From contig JBEBIF010000001.1 in assembly GCA_040080515.1 (NCBI GenBank), positions 1 to 51,673 on the forward strand: 51,673 nt of DNA, written 5' to 3'. The position numbers and the translations under genes were made by a program. This document shows positions 17,419-26,919 of this stretch, piece after piece. The stretch comes from Chitinophagaceae bacterium (GTDB taxonomy: Bacteria; Bacteroidota; Bacteroidia; Chitinophagales; Chitinophagaceae). The first letter of the stretch is position 1. Each line of letters opens with the position of its first letter. Under the pieces are notes generated by a model. That model saw only the letters and a program-made list of their open reading frames with translations. It did not search any database and had not been told where the DNA came from.

Positions 17419-17691
17419 CTACTTCACTAGGAAGTATACTACATCGTCCCACCTAATGGCTATGACACTGAGCATATGCTCATCACTAGTAATGCTACCC
17501 ATGTAGGTACGTCCCTTAAGCTCTTCAATATTCTCACGTACCCATGGAAGTAGTGACGGAGTCTGAAATAGGTACTCGATAGTATCACGTTCCGCAAAGA
17601 TAACGTTGGTTTCGGTACCCATAGTGAGCTGAGGATTACGGCACCCATACACATTGAACAGGTGGGCCACAAGATCCGGTGTCATCTGCAT
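17419..17691 (-). CDS. Hypothetical protein, probably leaderless
   Basis: ATG lies 6 nt after the -10 element. Confidence 0.6.
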   Translation of the reverse strand: MQMTPDLVAHLFNVYGCRNPQLTMGTETNVIFAERDTIEYLFQTPSLLPWVRENIEELKGRTYMGSITSDEHMLSVIAIRWDDVVYFLVK

Positions 17692-17697
17692 GGTTCT

Positions 17698-17726
17698 ATT
17701 ATCTATGATCGTACGAGGTTTGTCAA
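17698..17726 (-). promoter_or_regulatory. Leaderless sigma70-type promoter
   Basis: TTGACA, 17 nt, GATAAT, 6 nt, ATG. Confidence 0.6.
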
Positions 17727-18211
17727 GTACTTTCTACGTCGATCACGTCACCCCGCGGCAGCATACGTGAGCTGAGAGTAGCGATCGCTTGCTGGGCCAG
17801 TAGTTCACACTGAGCACGTACGTACTCTATAGTTCTATATTCCACGTCAAGGTTATCATAAAAATGCATATCGCCATGTAGTAGGCTGTCAAGCCCTGGC
17901 ACGTAGTCCCATGCATGGGAACAATCAAACCCAATGAACCAACCACCAGCAAACTTAGTGCTGGTAGTGTTTGCACGTTCCTTAACTTCACCCGAACCAG
18001 GAAGCTTATCATCAGTATATGTGATGCCACCATGTACAATTATATCATTTCCATCATATATAAACAATTGACCATACCATGGGTGATGCTCATTAACTAC
18101 GATGTAACCGCACAGATGCTTTAGAATAGGCTGTCTTTGAATAAACCATGGTACATCACCATAACTACCCTCTAGATAATCCGGCTCATCTTCCCATACA
18201 GGCTCAATCAT
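17723..18211 (-). CDS. Conserved hypothetical phage protein
   Basis: HLCGY...HPWYG...VHGGITY...WFIGFDCSH-x-x-D motif set. Confidence 0.75.
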   Translation of the reverse strand: MIEPVWEDEPDYLEGSYGDVPWFIQRQPILKHLCGYIVVNEHHPWYGQLFIYDGNDIIVHGGITYTDDKLPGSGEVKERANTTSTKFAGGWFIGFDCSHAWDYVPGLDSLLHGDMHFYDNLDVEYRTIEYVRAQCELLAQQAIATLSSRMLPRGDVIDVEST

Positions 18212-18299
18212 AGCTGTATCCCCAATCTATGTAGTTCTTTTCTAAGATCACTTGTACCATTGCTGGTCTGTTCTTGCAATGTGCTAGCAGATATTACGC

Positions 18300-18713
18300 T
18301 CAATATTCCACCCTAAATATATCAGAGGCTTTGAACTTAGCCATAGCTTCTAGGTTACCTTCAGTGTTAGGAATCTCACGTTCAGCATAAGCTGAACCGT
18401 TGCGCTCGTTTGATTCTTCTGGCAGTATCTCTATTAGATAGGCTGGCAATTGACCTTGAGTTACAACTTCCCATATTCCCCATGCATTATAACTCATGAA
18501 TACGAATTGAGAAATCAATTCCTTCTTAGGATCAATTCGTACCCAGGTTAGGATAGTGGGCTTATCGTTCTCATCTAACTTAGTGTTCAGACTATAAACA
18601 CAATCATCCATCATACGTACGTGTAGTACACCTTGATCCATAGCCCATAATGGATCAGGCAAATTAAGCACACAAGGTAGGCTTAGCCTAATCCTATCCA
18701 TAATAGTACTCAT
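18300..18713 (-). CDS. Hypothetical protein
   Basis: 137 aa ORF on the coding strand. Confidence 0.6.
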   Translation of the reverse strand: MSTIMDRIRLSLPCVLNLPDPLWAMDQGVLHVRMMDDCVYSLNTKLDENDKPTILTWVRIDPKKELISQFVFMSYNAWGIWEVVTQGQLPAYLIEILPEESNERNGSAYAEREIPNTEGNLEAMAKFKASDIFRVEY

Positions 18714-18746
18714 GGTGGAATCCCTAGTTTCTCTAAACTCAAGCGC

Positions 18747-18965
18747 TTAGCTTAGTTCTACGGTACCATCTTGGAAGATCAGTACTTGCGCCCCACCTAG
18801 TGGAAATGTAACGAATGATTGGCCATGTCCGTTGCCTTGAGTGCTGGCGTCCCAATGGCACACTCCCTCAGCCTCATCATACGGACACTTAGGGGAACAG
18901 ATAAACAGCAGCACGTACAGCAGAGAGGCGATCACCCTGCCACCGCCATGGCAACGAACGTGCAA
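18747..18965 (-). CDS. Small protein with N-terminal hydrophobic segment (start possibly GTG near 18935)
   Basis: IASLLYVLLFIC...C-x-WDA-x-x-QGNG-x-G-x-SF motif. Confidence 0.5.
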   Translation of the reverse strand: MHVRCHGGGRVIASLLYVLLFICSPKCPYDEAEGVCHWDASTQGNGHGQSFVTFPLGGAQVLIFQDGTVELS

Positions 18966-19117
18966 TGTGGGTACAGGTAGGCGATGGTTTCTAGTGCCTC
19001 ATCCAGCTCATCTGCGGCTACTGGCTCCACATACGCGATGCCAGTTTCCTGATCAATGATGACGTAGCTCACGTGCAGGCTACGGGTACGAGGATCGGTC
19101 GGTGCTGCGATGTTCAT
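18932..19117 (-). CDS. First early gene, hypothetical, leaderless
   Basis: ATG coincides with the predicted +1. Confidence 0.6.
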   Translation of the reverse strand: MNIAAPTDPRTRSLHVSYVIIDQETGIAYVEPVAADELDEALETIAYLYPHCTFVAMAVAG

Positions 19118-19123
19118 GTACTG

Positions 19124-19152
19124 ATCGTATGCGAGTTTACTGATAGTGTCAA
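19124..19152 (-). promoter_or_regulatory. Leaderless early promoter
   Basis: TTGACA (19152-19147), 17 nt, TACGAT (19129-19124), 6 nt, ATG. Confidence 0.8.
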
Positions 19153-19368
19153 GAGATTTTCTGGAATCGGGCCCCGGTTGTGGGATAACCCACCCACAGG
19201 AGGGGGCATTCTAAGCAATTGTACCTATATAGCAGGACATTAATTGCTGATAGTAGGCACATTTACGGTGGCAATTACCTAGGATGGTAGGTAAGGGTAG
19301 TTAAAGGTATAAAGGCGCATCATACTGGGGTAATCGTATGATAGTATACTGAGGCATATGGGGTAGGG

Positions 19369-19653
19369 TTATCCACAGCCCTGTGGATAAGTAGGGTAGT
19401 ATATGAGGGTAGTTAGGGCACACTTAGCTATCTACAACAGCACTTAAGGGTAGATAGGTGAATTACAAGGGTTTAGCTTATAGTAGGTATATATTAAATA
19501 CCCTTATATTTAAAGTATGTATATAAGCAAATAAGGTGATATGTATATGTCTTATTTGGGTATATGTATATCTAGAAGTATATGGTCCCTAAAGAGGTAA
19601 CGTCATAGCGTCTAACGGTCTAACCAATAGTTTGTGGATAAACCTGTGGATAA
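19369..19653. promoter_or_regulatory. Four perfect DnaA boxes flanking an AT-rich segment (oriC-like)
   Basis: TTATCCACA at 19369-19377; TGTGGATAA at 19382-19390, 19633-19641 and 19645-19653. Confidence 0.7.
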
Positions 19654-19929
19654 GTGTCATAACATGTCATGATGTCATAACTATATTACGCATATGCTCA
19701 CGCACACATACGCATCGGTGGGTCATGAATACTGTGTGAGTTAATCTATCTAACACTATTGAGTGTTATAGTTCGGTTAAATACGTCTAAATACATTAAG
19801 TGTGTGAAAGTCTGACTATTTAAAGGTCTTATGTTAAATGTGATTGTATTGACTGGCCCCTCCTGTGGTGGAGTTGGGTCCCAAAGGGGTCCAGACCAAA
19901 TACCATGAAATAAGGTATATAAACCTCTA

Positions 19930-19958
19930 TAGCAACAACGGGGTAAGTATGTTAGAAT
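19930..19958 (+). promoter_or_regulatory. Leaderless promoter of the packaging/structural operon
   Basis: TAGCAA, 17 nt, extended TGnTAGAAT, 6 nt, ATG (19965). Confidence 0.6.
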
Positions 19959-19964
19959 CGGACT

Positions 19965-20240
19965 ATGAGTGAGGATGGCTACGATACGTGGAATCCTGAG
20001 GAGATGTTTTCACAGTTAAAGCTTGAATGCGATGCGATGGATATCGGAGATCCGATAGAAACCGCTAAGAGCTTGATCCTAGATAATCTCCCAGCAGCTG
20101 CAAAGTCGATAGTTCATCTGGCAATTCATAGTAAGGACGAGCGAGTACGTCTGAGGGCAGCTCAGTATATATTCGATAAGTCTGTTACTAATGTTGCAGA
20201 TGATCCTATGACAACGGCACTTAAGCAGATGATGAATTAA
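19965..20240 (+). CDS. Putative terminase small subunit
   Basis: Directly upstream of TerL; helical ERVRLRAAQYIFD motif. Confidence 0.6.
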   Translation: MSEDGYDTWNPEEMFSQLKLECDAMDIGDPIETAKSLILDNLPAAAKSIVHLAIHSKDERVRLRAAQYIFDKSVTNVADDPMTTALKQMMN

Positions 20241-20243
20241 TCA

Positions 20244-21725
20244 GTGCCACAGATCTCGCAAAAAGCATATTTCAAACAAATCAAGTATGTACCTCATGAG
20301 GTGCAGCGGGCCTACCATGCTTCAGATGCGAGATTTAATGTCGTCATATGTGGACGCCGTACAGGTAAGTCTCATATGGGTGGTAAGAAGTATGGGCATA
20401 AGCTCATGCAAGATAAGAAACGTCTATGGATCGTCGGACCTACATACGATCTAGGCGAGAAGGAATTTCGTGTCATATGGGATGACATCATCCTAGGCAT
20501 GGGATTGGGTAGAGACAAGACGGTTAAGAAGGCGTATAGTAAGAAACAGGGCAATATGTTTATAGAAATGCCCTGGGGTTCTAGATTAGAGGTACGATCA
20601 GCAGAGCATCGGGAATACCTAATCGGTGATTCTCTAGATGGAGTGCTGATGAGTGAGGCCGCAAAGCATGATCCTGAAACATGGTTTCGATTTATTCGTC
20701 CTGCGCTAGCTGATAGGAAGGGAGTAGGTGATTTCCTCACTACTCCTGAAGGCCAGAATTGGCTCTATCCACTATTCCAGATAGGTCAGCAAGGAAACGA
20801 CCCAGAATACGCATCCTTTCAGTTTCCTTCTTGGGTCAATCCATATGTCTATCCATTAGGTGCAGATGATCCAGAAATAGCCAAACTCCGTGCTGAGATG
20901 TCTCCAGAGACATTTATGCAGGAAATTGCTGCTGAATTTACGTCGTTTGAGGGTAAGATTTATCCTGATTTTACTGACAGAACACACGTAAAACGATTCG
21001 ATTATAACCCAATGTGGCGAAATTATATCACATTTGACTTCGGTTATGTAAACCCTCTTGCAGCAGTGGAATTCATGGTAGATCCGTGGGATAATATCTG
21101 GATCTGGCGTGAGCATTACAAGAATAAGATGACTAACGAGCAGCACATACGTGCCCTGATTGCTCGTGCTAATCCAGAGCGATATCATTTAGATTTAGGC
21201 TTTGGGGACGCTGCTGATCCTGAAGCAATAGAATATATCAATCAGCATTTCGTTCAATGCATGGGCGACCCACTCAGTAAAGAGAATTGGCGTGATGGTG
21301 TAGATCTAGTTAATTCATTTGTTCGTATGCAAGTTGTAGGGATGAATGAGGATACTGGTGAGCTGATAGAAGAGCCTAAGCTATTTGTTCATCCAGACTG
21401 TCCTAATGTAATTCGTGAGTTTACGAACTATAAGTCTCCTAAACCAACTACTGGTAGGAACCCTCGTGCAGCTCGTGAGACTGGGTTAGCTGTAGATGAT
21501 CATGCTATGGATGCAATCCGTTACGGATTGATGCATCTGTTCAAGCTTGGATTGCATGGCGATTTGGGTGAAGCTAATCCTAAATTGAGGATCGGTAAGA
21601 CTACATCTGTAGATGTAGGACATATAGAATCACTTACTAGAATGAGTGATGCTGATAATCTTCCTATTTTTGTAGGTGCTGCACGTGGTGGGGATACGTT
21701 TGTGAATATGGATATGGAGTTCTGA
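20244..21725 (+). CDS. terL: Terminase large subunit
   Basis: GRRTGKS Walker A, VLMSEAA Walker B, TTPEG motif C, DFGY and DDHAMDAIRY nuclease motifs. Confidence 0.95.
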   Translation: MPQISQKAYFKQIKYVPHEVQRAYHASDARFNVVICGRRTGKSHMGGKKYGHKLMQDKKRLWIVGPTYDLGEKEFRVIWDDIILGMGLGRDKTVKKAYSKKQGNMFIEMPWGSRLEVRSAEHREYLIGDSLDGVLMSEAAKHDPETWFRFIRPALADRKGVGDFLTTPEGQNWLYPLFQIGQQGNDPEYASFQFPSWVNPYVYPLGADDPEIAKLRAEMSPETFMQEIAAEFTSFEGKIYPDFTDRTHVKRFDYNPMWRNYITFDFGYVNPLAAVEFMVDPWDNIWIWREHYKNKMTNEQHIRALIARANPERYHLDLGFGDAADPEAIEYINQHFVQCMGDPLSKENWRDGVDLVNSFVRMQVVGMNEDTGELIEEPKLFVHPDCPNVIREFTNYKSPKPTTGRNPRAARETGLAVDDHAMDAIRYGLMHLFKLGLHGDLGEANPKLRIGKTTSVDVGHIESLTRMSDADNLPIFVGAARGGDTFVNMDMEF

Positions 21726-23251
21726 TGAAAGAAATCACTGGTGACTCTATACAATCCATCATGCTTAGCGAGAAACTTGAACTTCTAGAAGTTCACAATG
21801 GTACTATCCTTGCTGTGAGCGCTCCAGATGTATTCTACAATGGACCTAATAAGCCAGTTCAGCTAGCCGACTCTAGTGCATCTGATTATCTAGGCATAGA
21901 GCTGGGTCAATCCAATACTATCTACAAGAATTATGCAAGGGAAGAGTATAACCCTGAGTTCCGTGGCAATATGGGTCTTGTTAAGTATGATCGTATGCGT
22001 AAGGATGCAGCGGTTCGTGCAGCGCTTAAGGTGTTCAAGACTCCTATTAACGGTGCTGTTTGGTTTATAGAGCCAGGTGAAGATACTAAGAAGGCTAAGA
22101 GTATAGCTGAGTTTGTAGAGTTTAGTCTCACTCAGTATATGACATATACGTGGCCTATGGTCCTACGTGAAGCTCTAGCCATGGTGGATTTCGGTTATTA
22201 TTTCTTTGAGAAGGTTTATAAGGTAGTAGAGTATAAAGGTAACCAGCGTCTTACGTATGGTAAGTTGGCATCACGCCATCCTCTAGATGTTATAGAAGGA
22301 GGTTGGGAGTTTGATTCTCATGGTGGGCCTGTTGCTGTCAATATGTATAATAGTCCTGGTGCTGATGATCACGTCCGAATTCCCATAGAGAAGCTAGTCG
22401 TATTTCCATACGATTCTGAAGCTGGAAATATCTATGGTGAGAGTTTGCTCCGTAGTGCTTATAAGCATTGGTTCTTTAAGGAGCAGGCTTACAAGATAGA
22501 TGCTATCCAGAAGGAACGTCATGGCATTGGTATACCAATTGTTAAGCTCCCTATGGGAGCTAGTAAGACTGATAGGGAATATGCACTGGCTCTAGCGCAG
22601 AACTTGCGTAGCAATGAGCGAGCTGGTGTAGTACTACCTTATGGTTGGGAACTTCTATTTGCAAAGCTAGAAGGTCAACCAGTTAATTCTCTGGATACAG
22701 CTAATCATCACGCAATGATGATCTATCAGAATGTGCTTGCTGGTGGGATCTTAGGGTCAGAAGCTGGTGCAAGTATAGATGCAATGATGGAGATATTCTA
22801 CAAGGCTAGTAGGGATCTAGCTAATCTAGTTAGAGATATCGTCAATCACTATGTGATCAAGGACATTGTTGATGCTAACTGGGATGTTACTTATTATCCT
22901 AGGCTTTGTGTGCGTAGGCTTGGCGATACTGCTGAGGCTCGTACTATCTCATTTGCGATAAGGAATCTAGTCGGTGCTGGAGTGTTGCGAGTGGATGATC
23001 GGCTGGAAGAATGGAGTCGCTCACTTATGGATGCACCCATGTTCGATCAAGATTCTTATAGACCTGCACCTGTACCCCAACAGGGTGGAGCAAGTGCTAA
23101 TCCAGGTTCAACTGGACCCAATCCAATGGCTACTCCTAAACCTGCTCCTACAGGGCCACCTAGGCAATCCAAAGCTAATAATCAGAAGGTAACTCCTGGT
23201 GCCACATCCACTGGACGTGATGGGGGAGGTACTGGTGGCGGTACTAAGTAA
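21725..23251 (+). CDS. Portal protein (DUF935/Mu gp29-like)
   Basis: Follows TerL; YGESLLRSAY-x-x-W-x-x-K, ERHGIGIP. Confidence 0.9.
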   Translation: MKEITGDSIQSIMLSEKLELLEVHNGTILAVSAPDVFYNGPNKPVQLADSSASDYLGIELGQSNTIYKNYAREEYNPEFRGNMGLVKYDRMRKDAAVRAALKVFKTPINGAVWFIEPGEDTKKAKSIAEFVEFSLTQYMTYTWPMVLREALAMVDFGYYFFEKVYKVVEYKGNQRLTYGKLASRHPLDVIEGGWEFDSHGGPVAVNMYNSPGADDHVRIPIEKLVVFPYDSEAGNIYGESLLRSAYKHWFFKEQAYKIDAIQKERHGIGIPIVKLPMGASKTDREYALALAQNLRSNERAGVVLPYGWELLFAKLEGQPVNSLDTANHHAMMIYQNVLAGGILGSEAGASIDAMMEIFYKASRDLANLVRDIVNHYVIKDIVDANWDVTYYPRLCVRRLGDTAEARTISFAIRNLVGAGVLRVDDRLEEWSRSLMDAPMFDQDSYRPAPVPQQGGASANPGSTGPNPMATPKPAPTGPPRQSKANNQKVTPGATSTGRDGGGTGGGTK

Positions 23252-23579
23252 TGGATTTGAATTCGTAGGAACAGATGTTCCATTGCGTCTTAGAAAAGGT
23301 CAGATAGTCCAGATCACTGTACAAATTACAGATGATGACGGCAACATACTAGATATTACTGGCAGAGATTACGCTGGGTTAGTTGGTGCTGGTGGTGGAG
23401 CAGTGCATGCTTATAGTTTTGGTTACATAATCGATGATGGTCCTAATGGTTTAGTCACTCTTTCCTGGGATACAGCAGCTGTAGCACCAGGAGATTATCG
23501 CATGGAGGTATGGGAGAACAACTATACTAATTTTCTGTGGGGTGGTCCTGTAGAAGTTCTAGCAAGGGATGTTATTTAG
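23199..23579 (+). CDS. Ig-like/BppU-N-like structural protein (start uncertain)
   Basis: LRKGQ...V-x-I-x-D-x-x-G...DITG...G-x-V-x-L...PGDY beta-sandwich pattern. Confidence 0.55.
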   Translation: MPHPLDVMGEVLVAVLSNGFEFVGTDVPLRLRKGQIVQITVQITDDDGNILDITGRDYAGLVGAGGGAVHAYSFGYIIDDGPNGLVTLSWDTAAVAPGDYRMEVWENNYTNFLWGGPVEVLARDVI

Positions 23580-23580
23580 C

Positions 23581-23898
23581 ATGGCGTTTGAGACATTTGA
23601 TTACGATACTCTCATCGTTGGTGATTACTATGAGGGTATAGATAATGGTCGTCTTGATGAGGAAGGTAATGGGGCCCGTGACGTTCGATTCGTCGGACGC
23701 TATCTTGGCAAGGACGATAAGCAAATTCTTCAGTCTTTGAAGGATCCTGATAATCGTTATCTGCGTCAGGTTTATCTCCTGATGAATGATGACAAGCACG
23801 GTAAGGTCTGGCGGTGCTTTGACCCCGAGACACTTACTCATGTTCCTGAGCCTGAAGAGGCTCATATAGTGGTCGACTCTGTTGCTCCGGGGGAGTGA
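23581..23898 (+). CDS. Hypothetical protein
   Basis: MAFETFD start, 1 nt after the previous stop. Confidence 0.55.
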   Translation: MAFETFDYDTLIVGDYYEGIDNGRLDEEGNGARDVRFVGRYLGKDDKQILQSLKDPDNRYLRQVYLLMNDDKHGKVWRCFDPETLTHVPEPEEAHIVVDSVAPGE

Positions 23899-23904
23899 AT
23901 ATAA

Positions 23905-24378
23905 ATGGCTGACGGTGTTTTCAATATTGCCAAGGGTCGATTCGGTGAGCTTTTCAACCGTGTAGACTCTAACGATCCAGCTAACTCAGTGTTGGTTGTT
24001 AGCTTGTACAGCACCGTTAGTGCTGATGACACGCTTAATGACGCTACTACACTGGCTGTTGTGGTTTCAGGAGGTTCTACTGAGGCTACGTTCACCAATT
24101 ATGCTCGTGTGATCTGGACCGATACTAATATTGCTCTAGGTTCGCCAGATAATACTAATAATCGCTTTGACTATCCAGCTCCTAACCCTATATGGACGTC
24201 TGCTGGTGGCGCTACTAATAACACTCTTGCTAAGCTTGTTATTAGCTACGATAGTGATTCCACTGGTGGTGCGGATAGTGCTATCATCCCAATGACTTAC
24301 CACGACTTTGTTATTACTACTAATGGTGGTAATCTCACTGGTACAGTCAACGGTTCCGGCTTCGGTCGAGCTGCGTAA
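23905..24378 (+). CDS. Virion structural protein (fibre base/decoration-like)
   Basis: MAD-x-VFNIAKG...YAR...NGGNLT pattern; capsid-gene-like codon usage; followed by a hairpin. Confidence 0.65.
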   Translation: MADGVFNIAKGRFGELFNRVDSNDPANSVLVVSLYSTVSADDTLNDATTLAVVVSGGSTEATFTNYARVIWTDTNIALGSPDNTNNRFDYPAPNPIWTSAGGATNNTLAKLVISYDSDSTGGADSAIIPMTYHDFVITTNGGNLTGTVNGSGFGRAA

Positions 24379-24383
24379 AGGTT

Positions 24384-24420
24384 TGGGAGTGTCAGTCTAA
24401 GAGGCAGATTGGCACTTCCA
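24384..24420 (+). terminator. Hairpin/terminator
   Basis: tgggagtgtcagtct / agattggcacttcca with G-U pairs on the plus strand, then ttatctt. Confidence 0.55.
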
Positions 24421-24427
24421 TTATCTT

Positions 24428-25720
24428 ATGTCTATAAACTATACGTGGTTTGGTGCAAGAGAACCTATCTCTGGTGTAAATTATAATCAACCTGTCACGC
24501 ATGGAGATCAGCTAACAGTTAATGATGTAGGTCCATGGGCATTGCAAGCTGTACCTAAGGGTACTGAAACCCTACAGACCATGACTGGTCCTGGTAGAGG
24601 ATTCTGGCGTTTTGATACAGCTACTGAATTTACCACCGATACAGCATGGCCTAGTAATGCTAACGATAGTAACCCTAGTATCTTAAATGCCTCTACTTTG
24701 CATGAAGGTAAAGTAACAGGATCCCCTGTCACTATTGATGGATACAGTATTCCTGTAGGAACTTATATCTGCCAATTTAGAGATTTCCCTGATGGTTATG
24801 ATTTCTATGCCCAGGGAACAAGTCTGCCTATACTATTTAGAGGATGTAGGTGGCGATTTACTGGTGGCCTAAGTGGAGCTGGCCTATTTAACGATAATAC
24901 GTCCACCAGTTCACAACATATCTACATGCATTACTGTGATCTAGGTATGACATCTGCTGAGCTGGCTGCTAATGCTGCTGGTTTGTTACATGTCAAGCTG
25001 CTGGGTGGACTAAATCATAGAATCCTTAGGAACTACCACACCAACTCATCTACATTCTATCAACCTAATACACAGGGTGTAGCTCTTATAGAGAATTACA
25101 TAGATGACTACGTATTCCCTTATGGTGAATCAGGGGAGTCTGGTGGATTTGATACAACTGTGTACCACAACAATGGTATCAGTTGTGAAGGTGGACTAAC
25201 ATCTATTAGCATTTTACGTAATCGTATTATTTGCCCTTCTCCTGATAAAGCTACTGGCGCAAATGGATTTACCGCTGCTGGGCAAACTGGTTATGGTACA
25301 CAATCTGGTCAGACTGGTTATGGTAGTGGCTCTGCACCTGGTCGATTGTTGCTCCAAACTGATAATATAGCCCTCTTCAATTCCAATGGACTGGCTAATG
25401 TTGGATCTGGTGTGGATGCTATTATTGTGGATAGTAATTATCTAGGTGGATCTGGCGCCTGTCTATATGCTGGTCAAGATCTTACTCATCCTGGCTCTAA
25501 CATTGCAATAATTAACAATAAAGTTACAACTAAGTGGTGGACCAATGGCGGTAATTTTGGTCCTATAACTGCTCAGCCTGACTGGGGAGTTAGAGGTAAT
25601 CGTCAATCTAATAATACGTGGGCAGATGATTATGGTACTGGCGGTAATGGATCTACTGCGCTAGCTGATAGACAATATCCTAATGGTGATGGGCCTAGAG
25701 CAGGAACGAGCTTTATCTAG
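24428..25720 (+). CDS. Right-handed beta-helix (pectin-lyase-like) protein, possible depolymerase
   Basis: Repeating I-x-x-N-x-I rungs (LIENYI, ILRNRI, IVDSNYL, IINNKV); HNNGI. Confidence 0.7.
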   Translation: MSINYTWFGAREPISGVNYNQPVTHGDQLTVNDVGPWALQAVPKGTETLQTMTGPGRGFWRFDTATEFTTDTAWPSNANDSNPSILNASTLHEGKVTGSPVTIDGYSIPVGTYICQFRDFPDGYDFYAQGTSLPILFRGCRWRFTGGLSGAGLFNDNTSTSSQHIYMHYCDLGMTSAELAANAAGLLHVKLLGGLNHRILRNYHTNSSTFYQPNTQGVALIENYIDDYVFPYGESGESGGFDTTVYHNNGISCEGGLTSISILRNRIICPSPDKATGANGFTAAGQTGYGTQSGQTGYGSGSAPGRLLLQTDNIALFNSNGLANVGSGVDAIIVDSNYLGGSGACLYAGQDLTHPGSNIAIINNKVTTKWWTNGGNFGPITAQPDWGVRGNRQSNNTWADDYGTGGNGSTALADRQYPNGDGPRAGTSFI

Positions 25721-26424
25721 TGGCTGTATCAGTAGGCTCTCAAGGTATACATACAAACGTTTCAGGCTCATGGTTCTCTGCTACTACTCCTAAGACTGCT
25801 ACTATTTCATGGTCTACTGGCGATGTTATCGTAGTTGGCGGTGCTATGGAGAATGCAGGTCAGGCATTCTCCACTCCTACTGCTACTGGATTAACGTTTA
25901 CCTCACGTCAATCCACTACCCTTACTGGCTTTGGTAACTCTAAGGCTCAGCTATGGACAGCTAAGGCAGCAGCTAGCGGATCTAGTGTTGTTTTAAGTTT
26001 AGCTACAGCTAGTGGTACCGCAATGTTTGGTATGTATTATTGGGTACTGTCTGGCGCAGACGATTACGTCAGTGGTGGATTGTTGTCTGGCACCACTAAT
26101 CCTACATTTGCTGGTGCAACTGATGGATTTGTGGGATGGATATGTTCTGATTGGGCGGCCGCTACAGTCAATCCTGCCCCATTAGCTGGTACAGGAACTC
26201 CTACTGAACTAGTTGATACAGATAATGCAGGTGCAAACTATGGCATTTATGTAGATCAATGGTTAGGAACTACTAATGCCTCTACTACATATGGTATTAC
26301 ACCGTATACATCAATGCAAGCTCAAGGTTGTGCTATAGCTGTATCTGCTTCTGCTGGTGGTGGAGCTACTCCCAGCTTGATAGTTCCAAGTAGAAGATCT
26401 ATTAGAAGTTTGATCGTTCGATGA
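25720..26424 (+). CDS. Ser/Thr/Gly/Ala-rich beta-sandwich virion protein
   Basis: GDVIVV...W-x-A-x-A pattern and composition. Confidence 0.6.
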   Translation: MAVSVGSQGIHTNVSGSWFSATTPKTATISWSTGDVIVVGGAMENAGQAFSTPTATGLTFTSRQSTTLTGFGNSKAQLWTAKAAASGSSVVLSLATASGTAMFGMYYWVLSGADDYVSGGLLSGTTNPTFAGATDGFVGWICSDWAAATVNPAPLAGTGTPTELVDTDNAGANYGIYVDQWLGTTNASTTYGITPYTSMQAQGCAIAVSASAGGGATPSLIVPSRRSIRSLIVR

Positions 26425-26437
26425 AAGGCATTAGATA

Positions 26438-26917
26438 ATGGGCAGTGGTAGTAGACTTTATACAGTCTCTTTTACTGAAGTAGCAGTCACTGCTGCTCAG
26501 GATCTATTTGAGATTACGCCTGCTGATGATAAGCCTATAGCCATTCACGGGTTATTCTTTACGCAATCCACTGAGATCGGTGATGCTCAGGAGGAGTTTA
26601 TTAGATTCCAGGTGATCAGAGGCCATACTACTTCTGGCTCTGGGGGTACTGCGCCTACTCCTGTTCCGTTGAATCCTAATGATACTGCTGCTGGCTTTAC
26701 CGCTGAAGTCAATAATACAACCATAGCATCTGCTGGTACTACTACAGTATTGCATGCGGGTACGTTTAATGAGCGTATTGGTCTTGAGTTGTGGTTGCCT
26801 CCTGAGGTTCGTTGGATGGCATCTCAAGCTAATACTACATTGGTTGTTAGAACAGGTACTACCGTTGCAGATAGTGTGACTGTCAGTGGTACTCTATATG
26901 TTGAGGAACTGATCTAG
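26438..26917 (+). CDS. Virion structural protein (beta-rich)
   Basis: Composition and position in the structural operon. Confidence 0.6.
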   Translation: MGSGSRLYTVSFTEVAVTAAQDLFEITPADDKPIAIHGLFFTQSTEIGDAQEEFIRFQVIRGHTTSGSGGTAPTPVPLNPNDTAAGFTAEVNNTTIASAGTTTVLHAGTFNERIGLELWLPPEVRWMASQANTTLVVRTGTTVADSVTVSGTLYVEELI

Positions 26918-26919
26918 TA

